From positions 1 through 58,608 of the forward strand of contig JAFTHO010000130.1 of NCBI GenBank assembly GCA_017457385.1: a stretch of DNA of 58,608 bases, written 5' to 3'. Below, piece by piece: positions 35,727-43,433 of the stretch (position 1 is the stretch's first letter; every line of letters begins with the position of its first letter). The notes beneath the pieces are model-generated. The model worked only from the letters and a program-made list of their open reading frames with translations, had not been told where the DNA came from and ran no database searches. The translations under genes and the position numbers were made by a program. The stretch comes from Clostridia bacterium (GTDB lineage Bacteria > Bacillota > Clostridia > Christensenellales > CAG-314).

Positions 35727-36374
35727 ATGGCAGAAAAATTAGTATGTCCAATTTGTGGCGAACCAACAAGAGTGTACATGGGCAATGCACGTAAAGACAG
35801 ATTATGTGGCAAACATGCTGATGAACTTAAAGCCGGCAAGCTTGTTTTGGATGAAAAAGGAAACTTTGTATCAACAGAAAAAGAAGAAAGCAATCAAAAT
35901 GAATTAACTTGCATTATTTGCGGACAAATATCAAATGGATATCATTTTTGCAAAGACTGCTACAAAAAATATAAAGACAAATCAGTTGATTTAAGAATAA
36001 AAAATTGTACTGAAACAACAATTTTAGATGAATATGGAAACAGAAAATATACTTGCGAAGATGGAAGAAAAGTAAGAAGTCTACAAGAAAAAGTAATCAG
36101 CGACTTTTTATTCAATAATAAAATTAGAGCAATTTATGAAAAAGAAGTTTATTACACAGAAAATGATGAAGATAAAGTATTGCATCCAGACTTTTACCTG
36201 CCAGACTATGATATCTATATCGAACACTACGGTATGACAGGCAAAAAATACGAACAAATGAAGGAATACAAAGAAAGAATATATAAAGAAAACAACTTAA
36301 AATTAGTTGTAACCTGTCCGGAAGATCTGTCAAACATTGCAGCAAAATTAAAACCAATATTAAAAATTAATTAG
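35727..36374 (+). CDS. Zinc-ribbon protein with C-terminal PD-(D/E)xK-like nuclease motif
   Basis: CPICG...C and CIICG...CKDC ribbons, then SLQEKVISDFL...HPDFYLPDYDIYIEHYG. Confidence 0.6.
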   Translation: MAEKLVCPICGEPTRVYMGNARKDRLCGKHADELKAGKLVLDEKGNFVSTEKEESNQNELTCIICGQISNGYHFCKDCYKKYKDKSVDLRIKNCTETTILDEYGNRKYTCEDGRKVRSLQEKVISDFLFNNKIRAIYEKEVYYTENDEDKVLHPDFYLPDYDIYIEHYGMTGKKYEQMKEYKERIYKENNLKLVVTCPEDLSNIAAKLKPILKIN

Positions 36375-36417
36375 ACATTATATAATCTTTTCACCATGCA
36401 ACAGGAGGTTTTAACGT

Positions 36418-36543
36418 ATGGAATGGAAAGATTATGTAACAGCACTAACTCAAATTGACGGTCTTTTATGGCAAGTCATCGGCGCCATGAAAGCCGAACA
36501 AGCAAAAAAAATGCCCGGGAACAAACCAGGGCAAATGACGTAA
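36418..36543 (+). CDS. 41-aa ORF immediately upstream of int (possible Xis/RDF-like small protein)
   Basis: Found by manual translation (MEWKDYVTALTQIDGLLWQVIGAMKAEQAKKMPGNKPGQMT). AGGAGG lies 9 nt upstream of the ATG. Confidence 0.35.
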   Translation: MEWKDYVTALTQIDGLLWQVIGAMKAEQAKKMPGNKPGQMT

Positions 36544-36587
36544 CAAAAACAGTCAAGGCATTATCTTTACAACAACAAGGAGAAGAT

Positions 36588-37565
36588 ATGCCAAAAATCA
36601 AATTGAAAGCCTGTAGCATAAGACAAAGACCAAACGGTCTTTTTGAAGTCCGTTTTATACACGAAGGTCAAAGAATATCGGTATATGAACGTGAAAAAAT
36701 TGCTTGCATAAAAAAAGCAAACAAAAAAATCAAAGAAATGCAAACTTTGCCAGCCATTGAAAAAACTGTCTATTTTGACAGTTGGTTGCAAACCTGGTTG
36801 GAAACGTACAAAAAACCGAACGTATCAGAAGGGCAATTTAAAGCTTTAGAAGTTTGCTTGAGACTGCATCTGATGCCAAATATTCAACGTAAAGAGATCT
36901 CAAAAGTAACAGAACTAGAATGTCAGAACATACTTAACAAAATAAATGGTATAAGAACAAAAAAAGATGCCTTCAGCATTTTAAAAAATGCTTTTGACAA
37001 AGCTGTTGCAATGAACTACGTTGCAAAATCGCCAATGCAATTTTTGAAAAGACCAAAATACAAAAAACAAAAAGGAACTCCATTGAGCAAGAAAGAGCAA
37101 GCACAATTTTTAATTGACGTTCAGCACGTTACAGAAAAACAAGCTTTTTTGTTTTTGCTTTACTCCGGACTACGTCGTGGAGAACTATTAAGCTTGAAAT
37201 GGTCTGACGTGAAAGAAAACACGTTGCACGTGCCGGGAACAAAAACAGAAACGTCAAACAGAGTTATACCTTTGTTTGACAAACTAAAGGCAATACTAAA
37301 CGAAATGCCTAAAAATAACGAATTTATATTTAACCACGTAAAAGAAACGTTAACAAAAAAATTCAAAAAGCTGTGTCCGGAACATAAACTGCACGACTTG
37401 CGCCACACGTTTGCAACAAACTGTTTAGAAATGGGGATATCGATGAAAGTGGTTCAACAATGGTTAGGCCATGCAGACTTTGGAACAACTGCAAATATCT
37501 ATTCAACAGTGCTGGAAAAGTACAATAAAGAGCAAGCCGAAGTGTATAACAAAAAAATGCAATAG
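36588..37565 (+). CDS. int: Tyrosine site-specific integrase of the tRNA-Arg element
   Basis: LRRGELLSL, HDLRHTFATNCL and WLGHADFGTTANIY motifs. The ATG at 36588 follows AAGGAGAAG, and I reject the upstream extension of the track ORF. Confidence 0.9.
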   Translation: MPKIKLKACSIRQRPNGLFEVRFIHEGQRISVYEREKIACIKKANKKIKEMQTLPAIEKTVYFDSWLQTWLETYKKPNVSEGQFKALEVCLRLHLMPNIQRKEISKVTELECQNILNKINGIRTKKDAFSILKNAFDKAVAMNYVAKSPMQFLKRPKYKKQKGTPLSKKEQAQFLIDVQHVTEKQAFLFLLYSGLRRGELLSLKWSDVKENTLHVPGTKTETSNRVIPLFDKLKAILNEMPKNNEFIFNHVKETLTKKFKKLCPEHKLHDLRHTFATNCLEMGISMKVVQQWLGHADFGTTANIYSTVLEKYNKEQAEVYNKKMQ

Positions 37566-37575
37566 CATACCCCAA
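37548..37575 (+). repeat. 28-bp direct repeat (right arm copy) overlapping the int stop
   Basis: Identical to 25282-25309. Confidence 0.9.
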
Positions 37576-37684
37576 TTTATACCCCAATTCAAAAAAAATA
37601 AAAAAAATAACAGGCTGTTTTTGCCTGTTATTTTATGTAAAAGTGCAACAAAAAAGGCTTGTTTTCGTTCAAACAAGCCTAAAT

Positions 37685-37729
37685 TGGCGCGCCGTAAGAG
37701 ATTCGAACTCCTGGCCTTTTGGTCCGTAG
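37685..37729 (-). repeat. attR: 45-bp core within the intact tRNA-Arg
   Basis: Identical to 25175-25219. Identity ends at the 5' edge of the anticodon loop. Confidence 0.95.
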
Positions 37730-37761
37730 CCAAACGCTCTATCCAGCTGAGCTAACGGCGC
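37685..37761 (-). tRNA. tRNA-Arg (anticodon ACG), CCA encoded
   Basis: Manual cloverleaf: GCGCCGT/ACGGCGC acceptor, GCTC/GAGC D stem, TTTGG-CTACGGA-CCAAA anticodon arm, AGGAG-TTCGAAT-CTCTT T arm, G-CCA. Confidence 0.9.
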
Positions 37762-38010
37762 ATTTTATATAGGTTGCTTCAGTTTAAACAAACTGCCACA
37801 ACTGAACTCAAACATTATACAAGATAATTTCGGTTTTGTAAACTGTTTGGATTGTTTTTTTGTTTTAATTTAAAAAACCTGTTTTCAAATTGATTTGACG
37901 ATATATTGTCACAAAAAAACACACACCACCTTCATCCCGACCAACAGGTGCCGACTCACCCACCGACCAGCAAACAAAAGGCCTGCCCCTTTCACGCACT
38001 TATGGTCGTG

Positions 38011-38223
38011 TCAGACGTGGCAGAAAATAAAAAATAACCACCTTTGCAGGTGGCCAGAAAAAAGGTCGACTATCTTGTTTTCGTGAGTTCGCGTGCATGC
38101 ACCAACTCTGTTGCAAAGCAACTCTATTAAAGTCGTCTTAATAAGTTTAACGGAGAATATAAAACATGTCAAGTGTGTATCAACCTTTTGAAACAACTGT
38201 GCCGACATACTCTTTTGTTCCAT
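38011..38223 (-). CDS. Questionable 70-aa ORF coupled to the upstream small gene
   Basis: AAGGAG lies 7 nt before the ATG, directly after the upstream stop codon. However, the ORF reads through a terminator hairpin (38038-38053) and has odd composition. Confidence 0.25.
   Translation of the reverse strand: MEQKSMSAQLFQKVDTHLTCFIFSVKLIKTTLIELLCNRVGACTRTHENKIVDLFSGHLQRWLFFIFCHV
38018..38053 (-). terminator. Intrinsic terminator CCACCT/AGGTGG followed by a T-rich tail
   Basis: On the minus strand the hairpin is followed by TTATTTTTTATTTTC. Confidence 0.65.
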
Positions 38224-38238
38224 ATCTTTTCTCCTTTG

Positions 38239-38421
38239 TCAGTGGTTTTGTTTTTGTGCAAGGTTGTCTATTGCCTTGCCAATGTCGTCAAGGTTGTATA
38301 TCCCCTTGCCGGCAATTTTTGACAGGTTGTTTACAACGTCCACGTTGTTTTCTGCAATCTCCTGCAACAAACTTTTTATATCTGTGAGCAAATCTTTAAT
38401 GTCAAACAAAACTCTTTCCAT
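38239..38421 (-). CDS. 60-aa predicted helical protein
   Basis: GAGGTG RBS and amphipathic repeats (DIKDLLTDIKSLLQEI...). Confidence 0.55.
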   Translation of the reverse strand: MERVLFDIKDLLTDIKSLLQEIAENNVDVVNNLSKIAGKGIYNLDDIGKAIDNLAQKQNH

Positions 38422-38802
38422 ATTTCACCTCGTCAGGTCACTTCTTCAAACAAATAGTATTTGTTGCTTTTTGTATAGTTGTTAAAATATTTTTTTGCGT
38501 TTTTTTCGTTTTGCTATTATTTTTTGTTAAACTCTTTGAGCAAATCGGTCAAAAACCAATATATTGCCAAAACTATGCACGTCAGTTTAAACATATCTGC
38601 ACCTCTTTGCCTGCAACACACCGTTTGTATAATGCGTTTGGTTTGTTTTTAAACACATTATACAACGGCAAATATGACAACTATTTGTCAGCATTGAAAC
38701 GTATTTTTAAAATTATCGAAAATTTTTGACACCTGCCACTTGACAAAAGAGCAGCATGGTTTTGTTTTTTTAGATTTTTTTTGACAAAAGCACCTGGTCA
38801 AA

Positions 38803-38830
38803 CAAAAAAGGCTACTCGTTTGAGTAGCCT
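38803..38830 (-). terminator. Terminator of the kinase-vWA-PP2C-TGase operon
   Basis: AGGCTACTC/GAGTAGCCT hairpin followed by a T run on the minus strand. Confidence 0.8.
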
Positions 38831-38847
38831 TGAAAATTTGTTTTAGA

Positions 38848-39870
38848 TTAAAATAACTTTGTATGCCAGGTGATTTTTATTGTGTGGTGTTGCTGGTTGA
38901 TCTGGCAGGTGGTAGTGATTGTTTTTGCTTTTGTTTGCAAAAGCAGTTGGTAGGTGAACAGGTCATATACCTGTTGTGGTGCATCAAATGCAGATGCATC
39001 ATATTTGATTTCTATGGCGGTGTCGCCACGTTTGAGAGCGTTTGCCACAATTTGCGTCACGTTTTGCTTGTTTTTGACAAACAGATTGTTTAACACAAAA
39101 TAGTCAAAACCATCGTTGTCGCAAGTTGGATAAAAATCTTTTATTTCGTGATCGATTGCAATTGCTTTGTCTGTCAACGCAAAATAGTTGTGGCTGACGT
39201 GACCATCGTCTGACGAGTTTACGTCCCAGGTGACGTCAATATGCACAGCCTTGCCGTCAAGTTTGGCAATGTTCCATGCATGCAACACGTCTTCGTTTTG
39301 AGAGGAGGTATCACTTGTTTTGCCAATGACAACAACGCATTTGATATCCAGTGCATTTAGCAGATATTTAAAAATTTTTGCAATGCCCTCGCACACAGCC
39401 GTCTTGAAAAAAAGCACACCCAGGATAGTGTTGCTTCTGCGATGAAAATGATGCAGGTTTTGCACAGCCTGTCTGTCATACAACACGTTTTTTACAAGCA
39501 GGTCGTGCAGACAAAGTGCCTTTTGAAAATCGTTTTTGCCCTTTACCTTTGCCAGAATTTTTTGCAACACTTTTTTTGCCTTGTCAAAGACGATTTCTTT
39601 TTCGTCCTTTGTATAGCAATATGCCGGTATGATATCCTGCTTTAAAAAATATTGCCGTGCCACAACGTCTGCAAAATCCACGTAAAACAAATGAGGGTTG
39701 TCCATGTTGATTGCATTTAGCACGTTTGAAAATACGCTTTGCGTGATGGTTTTGCCCGTCCACGTGATTTTTGCCTGCATTTCGTGCATGCCGTTGTATA
39801 TTGCTTTGTAAAGTTGCTTTTGGTCGTCAGGCAATTTAGAAAAATAATATCTGTCATAAACCATAGGCAA
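38848..39870 (-). CDS. Transglutaminase-like cysteine peptidase superfamily protein
   Basis: Cys-His-Asp triad context: AVCEGIAKIFKYLL, LHAWNIAKL, HIDVTWD. The start is either TTG at 39870, abutting the PP2C stop, or ATG at 39864. Confidence 0.75.
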   Translation of the reverse strand: MPMVYDRYYFSKLPDDQKQLYKAIYNGMHEMQAKITWTGKTITQSVFSNVLNAINMDNPHLFYVDFADVVARQYFLKQDIIPAYCYTKDEKEIVFDKAKKVLQKILAKVKGKNDFQKALCLHDLLVKNVLYDRQAVQNLHHFHRRSNTILGVLFFKTAVCEGIAKIFKYLLNALDIKCVVVIGKTSDTSSQNEDVLHAWNIAKLDGKAVHIDVTWDVNSSDDGHVSHNYFALTDKAIAIDHEIKDFYPTCDNDGFDYFVLNNLFVKNKQNVTQIVANALKRGDTAIEIKYDASAFDAPQQVYDLFTYQLLLQTKAKTITTTCQINQQHHTIKITWHTKLF

Positions 39871-40743
39871 TCACTTTTGTTTTTGAAAGATAACAGCCAC
39901 AGACATATCGTCGCCACTGCCCTTTTGTGACAATCGTGGCAAAAAGTCTGCCAGCTCGTCACGTGCCGCCGCAAACTCCTGAGTTGTATATCCCTCCACA
40001 ACGTTTGAGGCAAAATCCAGATAAGGTTGCTCTGCCAGATAGCAGTTGAAAATGCCGTCAGAAGTGACAACAATGCCAAGCACCTGTTTGTTTGCAACAG
40101 GCACAAAACAATGTTTAAAATCCATATCTGCCGAACTGCCACACAAAGAGGTCGTGAGGTTGAACTGCAACTGTTCGTCCACCATGGCAGGGCATATTGT
40201 CTCGATGCTTTGCATGCCCTTGTCTTTTGACAAAACGCACACGTTGCCGTCGCCAAGCTTTAACACAAAAAAGAAGGCTTTGCACAAAACCACCGCAACA
40301 AAAGTTGAGCCATATGCCTTGACGGGTGTGCCGTCTGCGTATGCCTTTTCGTTGTCGGCAAGTGCAAGATATTTTTCGTCCTGCGCAAACGGTTGTGTTG
40401 CAACGTCGTCTTCTACCGACATTATCCACTTTTGGATGATTGCTCTTTCCAGCTGACGGAGCATATCGTCACGCTGTTTTTCGTTTTGAACAAACTGTTT
40501 TTTGAGTTTTTTGTTGCCGTGCAAAACAGTCATAAAATCATTTATGGTTTCCTGACCGGCAAGACAGGCAAATTTTGATCCGACGGCACTGCGAAAGTGT
40601 CTGTTGCTGCCGTGGCCATCACACACGATAACTGCACGATATTTTTTGCCACACCACGACACAGAACTGTCCTGACACTCGGTGCCCTTTGTCACGTGAG
40701 AATATCCCTGCACAGAAATATTGTCTGCTGAAAAATTTTTCAC
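39871..40743 (-). CDS. PP2C-family Ser/Thr phosphatase
   Basis: VIVCDGHGSNRHFRSAVGSKFA and SGDDMSVAV motifs. GTG start with AAGGTG. Confidence 0.8.
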   Translation of the reverse strand: MKNFSADNISVQGYSHVTKGTECQDSSVSWCGKKYRAVIVCDGHGSNRHFRSAVGSKFACLAGQETINDFMTVLHGNKKLKKQFVQNEKQRDDMLRQLERAIIQKWIMSVEDDVATQPFAQDEKYLALADNEKAYADGTPVKAYGSTFVAVVLCKAFFFVLKLGDGNVCVLSKDKGMQSIETICPAMVDEQLQFNLTTSLCGSSADMDFKHCFVPVANKQVLGIVVTSDGIFNCYLAEQPYLDFASNVVEGYTTQEFAAARDELADFLPRLSQKGSGDDMSVAVIFQKQK

Positions 40744-40758
40744 TTTAACACCTTGTTT

Positions 40759-41502
40759 TTAATCCCATTGTTCGTCGTCGATATCCGGGATGTCCACAAC
40801 GATTGGCATATCGTTGTCTATATCTGCAATGGCTTTGTTGACCGCAGTTTGCGCATCTTCGTCAAGATTTGACATTGTGCCTGTTTTTGACACTGTTGCA
40901 GTAACAAACTGAATATACTGACGGATTTTGTCCGGGTCGTTGTCGTCGATAGAAATGACTGCCTCTTTTGTGCCACAAATCTGAGCAAGCACATCAAAGT
41001 CGGCATCTTCGCCAACGGCAAAGGCAACTTTTGTTGCAGATTTGAACCAGTTGTTTTTGTTGAGTTCTGCAAGTGCTTTTTGCCACTCGTCAGTTGGAGC
41101 ACCATCACTCAAAATGATCACACCAGGGGCATAATATCCCAAAGGGTTTTCGCTCAAAAAGGCTTTGCGTGACATTTTTTCGTTGAGAGAATTGAGGGCT
41201 GCGCCAAGGCTTGTGAGACCTTCGGCACAAACAGGCTTCCAGGTAGTGATAAAATCATCCGGAGTTTGTGGTTTTGGCGTGATCCACTCAACTGTGTTTG
41301 CAAAAGTTGCCGCAGCAATTTCTATCTGTGCGTTTGGCGCACCGTCAGACACGTCCTTGATGATTTTTGGAATATCTCTCATGGCAAAATTGACTTGTTC
41401 TATCTTTGTGCCCGCCATACTGCCAGACACGTCAAACAAATAAAACATAGTCATTGTTCTTGTTTGAATTGCTTCTACGTTGCTGTTGTCATATCTTCCC
41501 AT
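40759..41502 (-). CDS. von Willebrand factor A (TerY-like) protein
   Basis: MIDAS motif DVSGSM, with ILSDGAPTD further downstream. Confidence 0.85.
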   Translation of the reverse strand: MGRYDNSNVEAIQTRTMTMFYLFDVSGSMAGTKIEQVNFAMRDIPKIIKDVSDGAPNAQIEIAAATFANTVEWITPKPQTPDDFITTWKPVCAEGLTSLGAALNSLNEKMSRKAFLSENPLGYYAPGVIILSDGAPTDEWQKALAELNKNNWFKSATKVAFAVGEDADFDVLAQICGTKEAVISIDDNDPDKIRQYIQFVTATVSKTGTMSNLDEDAQTAVNKAIADIDNDMPIVVDIPDIDDEQWD

Positions 41503-41532
41503 TTTTTACACCTTCCTTTGCTTGTTTTTATA

Positions 41533-42843
41533 TCAGTTTTTTACCGTCAGTTTGTTTTTGCCAAAAACAATTGTTGTATCCGGCACAAGGGTGACTACCT
41601 CTCCCTTGTTGTAATTGCGTGCGGTCTGGTTTGGATAGGTGACCTCCCACACGTAGTCGCTTTCGTTTTTGAGGCCAAACACACCCGCAGTTTTTTTGCT
41701 TTCGACAAAAGATGCAATTGTTTTTGTTTTGTCGCCAAAAGACAAATGATATTCTGTAACAGTTTTGCCCTTGCCTGCAACCACCTCAAAATTGTCGCCC
41801 GCAACACTCACCGGTGCATGCACTGTTTTTTTGCATGACGCACAGTTTGTTTTGCCCTTTTTTATCATAGATGCAAAGTTGATTTCTCCACAATGTCTGC
41901 AAACCACAGCGTCATCCTGCAATTTGTACAACACTTTTGACCAGTCTCTTTCGGTAAGACGACTTGTGCCGTTTTTGAGTGCCATGTTGCTGAAAGCATC
42001 CTGAAAAGCATCTTGCAGATATGTCGGATAGGTTGGCCACAAATTGATGAGGTTTGAGCAGGTGCCCCTTACCGGAGCGTTTGACGTATCTGTTTTGCTG
42101 CACACAAACACAGGGTTTTGTGCATACAGCTCTTTTTCTACCTTAGGGGTGAGGCAAGGATATTTGCAACACTTTGCCCCGTTGAGCGGATGTGACAAAA
42201 AAAACAACTCAAACAAAATGACAGACAACGAAAACAAGTCTGTGCCCGCAGATGGTTTTGCCTGTCCAAGCAAAACCTCTGGTGCGATGTATCCGGGAGT
42301 GCCACTAACACCAAGGTTTTTGTTGTTTGGTGCAACGTTGTCGTTGTCGCAGATGAGCACGTCGCCTGTGTTTTTGTCAATAAAAAAGTTGCCCGGACTG
42401 AGGTCCTGATAGCTGTATCCTTTGCGGTGCAGACACATAAAAGCCTGCACAATGTTTGTTGCCGCATTGATGACTGCACCCGTGTTTGCAAAAAACTCTT
42501 TTGCCTTGATAAATTTTGTAAACTCGGCATAGTTGTCGGGACGCAAATCCATAACGTAACCAAAACCTTTGCTGTGCTTGCCTGTTGTGGCAATTGCCTT
42601 CATCCACAAAAAGTTTGGCGACGGACTGCCACTTGCAATGTTTGACGCCAGGTTGTTGTAAAACTTGTTTATACTTTTGAGCGAGCGAAGATATCTTTGC
42701 AGATACCACTTCATGGCATACTCTTTGCCGTTGTAGTCCACCTTGTAAACACAACCTTGTCCACCCTCGCCTATTTTTGATTTTACTGTGACAAAATCGC
42801 CGTTGGTGAGTTTTATTTTAGTGCCTTTTTTAAAGTCGTCCAT
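41533..42843 (-). CDS. Ser/Thr protein kinase with C-terminal zinc ribbon and FHA-like beta domain
   Basis: GEGGQGCVYKV, YAMKW, YQDLSPGNFFI and GTPGYIAPE kinase motifs, then CRHCG..CASC and a C-terminal beta-rich module. Confidence 0.85.
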   Translation of the reverse strand: MDDFKKGTKIKLTNGDFVTVKSKIGEGGQGCVYKVDYNGKEYAMKWYLQRYLRSLKSINKFYNNLASNIASGSPSPNFLWMKAIATTGKHSKGFGYVMDLRPDNYAEFTKFIKAKEFFANTGAVINAATNIVQAFMCLHRKGYSYQDLSPGNFFIDKNTGDVLICDNDNVAPNNKNLGVSGTPGYIAPEVLLGQAKPSAGTDLFSLSVILFELFFLSHPLNGAKCCKYPCLTPKVEKELYAQNPVFVCSKTDTSNAPVRGTCSNLINLWPTYPTYLQDAFQDAFSNMALKNGTSRLTERDWSKVLYKLQDDAVVCRHCGEINFASMIKKGKTNCASCKKTVHAPVSVAGDNFEVVAGKGKTVTEYHLSFGDKTKTIASFVESKKTAGVFGLKNESDYVWEVTYPNQTARNYNKGEVVTLVPDTTIVFGKNKLTVKN

Positions 42844-42999
42844 AGTTTTGTCCTTGGTTTAAATTATGCAAAAAATTTTGCCAGGGTATAATATACCCTG
42901 AATATAATTATAACATAACCAAAAGATAAATCAACCCCGACTTGAAAGTATGCACCATATAAAGTGTAACAAAAATGAGACATCCAAAACTTTTTGCCA

Positions 43000-43030
43000 A
43001 AAAAAAGCACGGTGTTAACCGTGCTTTTTA
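43000..43030. terminator. Bidirectional terminator AGCACGG/CCGTGCT
   Basis: Hairpin flanked by an A run and a T run. Downstream of the immunity gene. Confidence 0.8.
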
Positions 43031-43059
43031 TCAGCTTTCTTTTTTAGAATAAAAGTGTA

Positions 43060-43431
43060 TTATAAATACTTTTTCTGCCATTGCATAAAATATTCAATCG
43101 ATATTTCTTCTATATCCTGATAGTCAAAAAATACATTAAATTTTCCTTTTGAGTCAACCAACAAAGTAAAAACTGTCCATTTATCTTTTTTCTTGAGTTC
43201 TTTTCTTTGTCTCATCAATACATTATCAATACTTTCAAAAAGGTCAAATATTTCAAAACTATTAATATCATATATTTTAAAGCAATCTATGTACCCTTTC
43301 CCCTTATCAACAAAAAACTTCATTTCATAACTGGACGAAGTGTATCCCGCATAAAAAGCCATTCTTTTCCATCCTTGCGGCAAAAAATCACTTATCAACT
43401 CTACCACTTGTTGCACCACTCTTCCTTCCAT
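43060..43431 (-). CDS. YezG/DUF600-like immunity protein
   Basis: Pattern WKRMAFYAGYTSSSYEMKFFV...F.LLVDSKGKFNVFFDY. The gene starts 2 nt after the toxin stop. Confidence 0.7.
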   Translation of the reverse strand: MEGRVVQQVVELISDFLPQGWKRMAFYAGYTSSSYEMKFFVDKGKGYIDCFKIYDINSFEIFDLFESIDNVLMRQRKELKKKDKWTVFTLLVDSKGKFNVFFDYQDIEEISIEYFMQWQKKYL

Positions 43432-43433
43432 TG

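Larger units (their letters stand above)
25175..37729. mobile_element. Integrated 12.5-kb element in tRNA-Arg(ACG): integrase + XRE + RCR Rep + membrane NTPase + surface/coat-like proteins
   Basis: Exact 45-bp direct repeats, an integrase adjacent to the intact tRNA, and apparently more A+T-rich sequence than the flanks (by eye, not counted). Confidence 0.9.

Noticed and set aside
36468-36587. Upstream extension of the element integrase (MASHRRHESR...)
   Set aside because: It has no RBS. The ATG at 36588 has AAGGAGAAG and gives the usual integrase N-terminus.
37471-37755. 94-aa plus-strand ORF and 76-aa minus-strand ORF near the int end
   Set aside because: They run through terminator hairpins and the tRNA-Arg gene.
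37915-38010. SRP (4.5S) RNA, suggested by a GTGAAAGGGGCAGG string reminiscent of the domain IV GGAA/AGCA motif
   Set aside because: I could not build the required symmetric and asymmetric loops or a closing helix by hand. The region is kept only as an unexplained GC-rich patch.
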